A stretch of DNA of 13,133 nucleotides from a virus, in the IMG/VR virus record IMGVR_UViG_3300045988_162215; one strand, written 5' to 3'. Under the pieces are notes generated by a model. That model ran no database searches, was not told where the DNA came from, and saw only the letters and a list, made by a program, of their open reading frames with translations. The translations under genes and the position numbers were made by a program. This document shows positions 12,053 to 13,133 of this stretch, in pieces; position 1 is the first letter of the stretch; the number at the start of each line of letters is the position of its first letter.

Positions 12053-12205
12053 GCACTTTTTTATTGCGTATTCAACTGGCGAAACTGGATAAACACAAAC
12101 AACTAATTCTTGAAGCAATTGTGACGCTTGTTTTTTATTTCTAATAGCCTTTTTACTTTTTATATATTGAAAACCATTAGCAGTTTTTATTTTATAATAT
12201 TTCAT
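12041..12205 (-). CDS. small basic protein (54 aa, MKYYKIKTANGFQYIKSKKAIRNKKQ...), not in ORF track
   Basis: RBS AGTGAGGT 9 nt before ATG 12205..12203. Its own TTGACA-17-TATAAT promoter is at 12233-12261. The stop overlaps the downstream -35. Confidence 0.45.
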   Translation of the reverse strand: MKYYKIKTANGFQYIKSKKAIRNKKQASQLLQELVVCVYPVSPVEYAIKKCLTK

Positions 12206-12232
12206 TTCTTATCAACCTCACTTTCTATACCT

Positions 12233-12261
12233 ATTATACCACCGCTGACCTACTCTGTCAA
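12233..12261 (-). promoter_or_regulatory. consensus promoter TTGACA-17-TATAAT
   Basis: tgtcaa 12256-12261, attata 12233-12238. Confidence 0.6.
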
Positions 12262-12708
12262 AAGTAAATCAGCTAAAAAATCAATAATATTTTCTGCGGT
12301 CGGATCGACTGTTTCTCCCAAACTCCAACCCTTGCGAACCTTTGCGTTATCATCAAAAAGAATCTGATTTCCGCCATGCTTGCGTGTGCAGTTTGCTTTT
12401 GTTGTGCCATACTTCACAAGATGGATTTCATCAAAAGGGAAATCATATCGAGCAAGCCAATCTCTTTTTGCAGTTCTCACAACCTCGTCGAAGTCTTTTG
12501 TGGAATCTTTAGACAACCAAGATGTGACAACGATTCTATAACCGACACTCTTCAAACAACAGAGAAGAGAACCAAGCAAAGCCATATCCCAAAGTGGCTC
12601 AGCCATAATGTAAGGGCGCGGGTTCTCGTTGTGTAAATCCTCAAGCCAGCCCTCTACTCCATAGAAATTTGCGATTGTTCCATCCATGTCAAATACTAAT
12701 GTTTTCAT
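12250..12708 (-). CDS. HAD-superfamily 5'(3')-deoxyribonucleotidase (NT5C-like), 152 aa
   Basis: N-terminal motif I FDMDGT (DxDGT), motif II VVTSW, motif IV ILFDDN. Size and layout typical of phage NT5C-type nucleotidases. RBS AAGAGGT 7 nt before ATG 12708. Confidence 0.8.
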   Translation of the reverse strand: MKTLVFDMDGTIANFYGVEGWLEDLHNENPRPYIMAEPLWDMALLGSLLCCLKSVGYRIVVTSWLSKDSTKDFDEVVRTAKRDWLARYDFPFDEIHLVKYGTTKANCTRKHGGNQILFDDNAKVRKGWSLGETVDPTAENIIDFLADLLLTE

Positions 12709-12738
12709 ATTTTTTACCTCTTTCCTTATCTTTTCTTT

Positions 12739-12767
12739 ATTATAGCATGTTATTTGTTATTTGTCAA
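12739..12767 (-). promoter_or_regulatory. consensus promoter TTGACA-17-TATAAT
   Basis: tgtcaa 12762-12767, attata 12739-12744. Confidence 0.6.
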
Positions 12768-12774
12768 CTACTTT

Positions 12775-12909
12775 TTACCAGATAGTAATAGATTGTTTAG
12801 AATCATCATACTCCACAGCAGGCTCGCAAAAGTTGCCTTCGCTTTCTATATAGACTTCTGTATCTGATGGATATTCTTGTAATATTTCAATTAAATCTTC
12901 AACTGTCAT
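12775..12909 (-). CDS. small acidic protein (44 aa, MTVEDLIEILQEYPSDTEVYIESEGNFCEPAVEYDDSKQSITIW), not in ORF track
   Basis: RBS AGAGAGGT 7 nt before ATG 12909..12907. Promoter at 12945-12973. Confidence 0.45.
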   Translation of the reverse strand: MTVEDLIEILQEYPSDTEVYIESEGNFCEPAVEYDDSKQSITIW

Positions 12910-12944
12910 ATTTTTTACCTCTCTTTCCTTTACCTTATATACAC

Positions 12945-12973
12945 ATTATACATGATAGATTTTAATTTGTCAA
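12945..12973 (-). promoter_or_regulatory. consensus promoter TTGACA-17-TATAAT
   Basis: tgtcaa 12968-12973, attata 12945-12950. Confidence 0.6.
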
Positions 12974-13017
12974 GCATTTTGGGATAAAAAAATAAAAAAA
13001 TTTTTTCAAAAAAACTC

Positions 13018-13046
13018 TTGACAAAAAGCCGGGACTATGATATACT
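13018..13046 (+). promoter_or_regulatory. plus-strand promoter TTGACA-17-TATACT firing into GC hairpin 13054-13080
   Basis: Homologous in position and sequence to the 10984-11013 promoter (shared ...TATAmTrGAAGTTCGGCG). Confidence 0.5.
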
Positions 13047-13053
13047 GGAAGTT

Positions 13054-13080
13054 CGGCGCGCTGCGATCCATGGCGCGCCG
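13054..13080. repeat. GC hairpin CGGCGCGC-tgcgatccatg-GCGCGCCG (homolog of hairpin 11019-11041 with a different stem sequence)
   Basis: 8-bp perfect stem. Flanked by TTCGGCG on the 5' side and CGCCAATTATAACAC on the 3' side, as at 11019-11041. Confidence 0.75.
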
Positions 13081-13083
13081 CCA

Positions 13084-13112
13084 ATTATAACACAAAAATC
13101 AATTTTTGTCAA
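13084..13112 (-). promoter_or_regulatory. minus-strand promoter TTGACA-17-TATAAT convergent with 13018-13046
   Basis: tgtcaa 13107-13112, attata 13084-13089. Its transcript starts in the GC hairpin. Confidence 0.55.
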
Positions 13113-13133
13113 GCACTTTTTTCAAAAAAAAAT

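Noticed and set aside
12128-12636. Plus-strand ORFs 12128..12367 and 12376..12636
   Set aside because: Antisense to gene 12041..12205 and to the HAD nucleotidase gene. No RBS.
1-13133. Integrase/attachment site, transposase or IS element
   Set aside because: No product resembles tyrosine or serine recombinases or DDE transposases. The inverted repeats present are local hairpins, not terminal IRs flanking a gene.

Overview
This 13.1 kb window is AT-rich and gene-dense, and reads like part of a phage (or phage-plasmid) genome from a low-GC Gram-positive host. Almost every gene has a strong AGGAGG-type Shine-Dalgarno site and its own sigma-70/SigA-like promoter.

The window has three parts. (1) Positions 1-5860 hold about 17 minus-strand genes in four terminator-plus-promoter-separated operons. 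These include a kinase-like protein, a SprT-like Zn metallopeptidase, small membrane proteins, Cys-rich zinc-ribbon proteins and three tandem paralogs. (2) Positions 5893-8300 hold a divergent promoter pair firing into a plus-strand cluster (6076-7317). That cluster ends in a winged-helix protein resembling RepA_N or a replisome organizer, and is immediately followed by five phased 21-bp palindromic iterons, a 40-bp AT tract and two mirror-image hairpins that carry the same 13-nt loop. I read this as a candidate lambda-like or plasmid-like replication origin. (3) Positions 8336-13133 hold a degenerate 10-bp-periodic repeat array and then a minus-strand block in which each small gene carries a near-consensus TTGACA-17-TATAAT promoter. 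This block also contains ORF-free stretches with tandem or duplicated promoters, GC-rich 5' hairpins (rare GC islands in AT-rich DNA) and two homologous face-to-face convergent-promoter/hairpin modules, which look like candidate small RNA loci. It also encodes a HAD/NT5C-type deoxyribonucleotidase.

There is no integrase, CRISPR array, tRNA or rRNA. All functional calls rest on motifs I read by eye, with no database searches.
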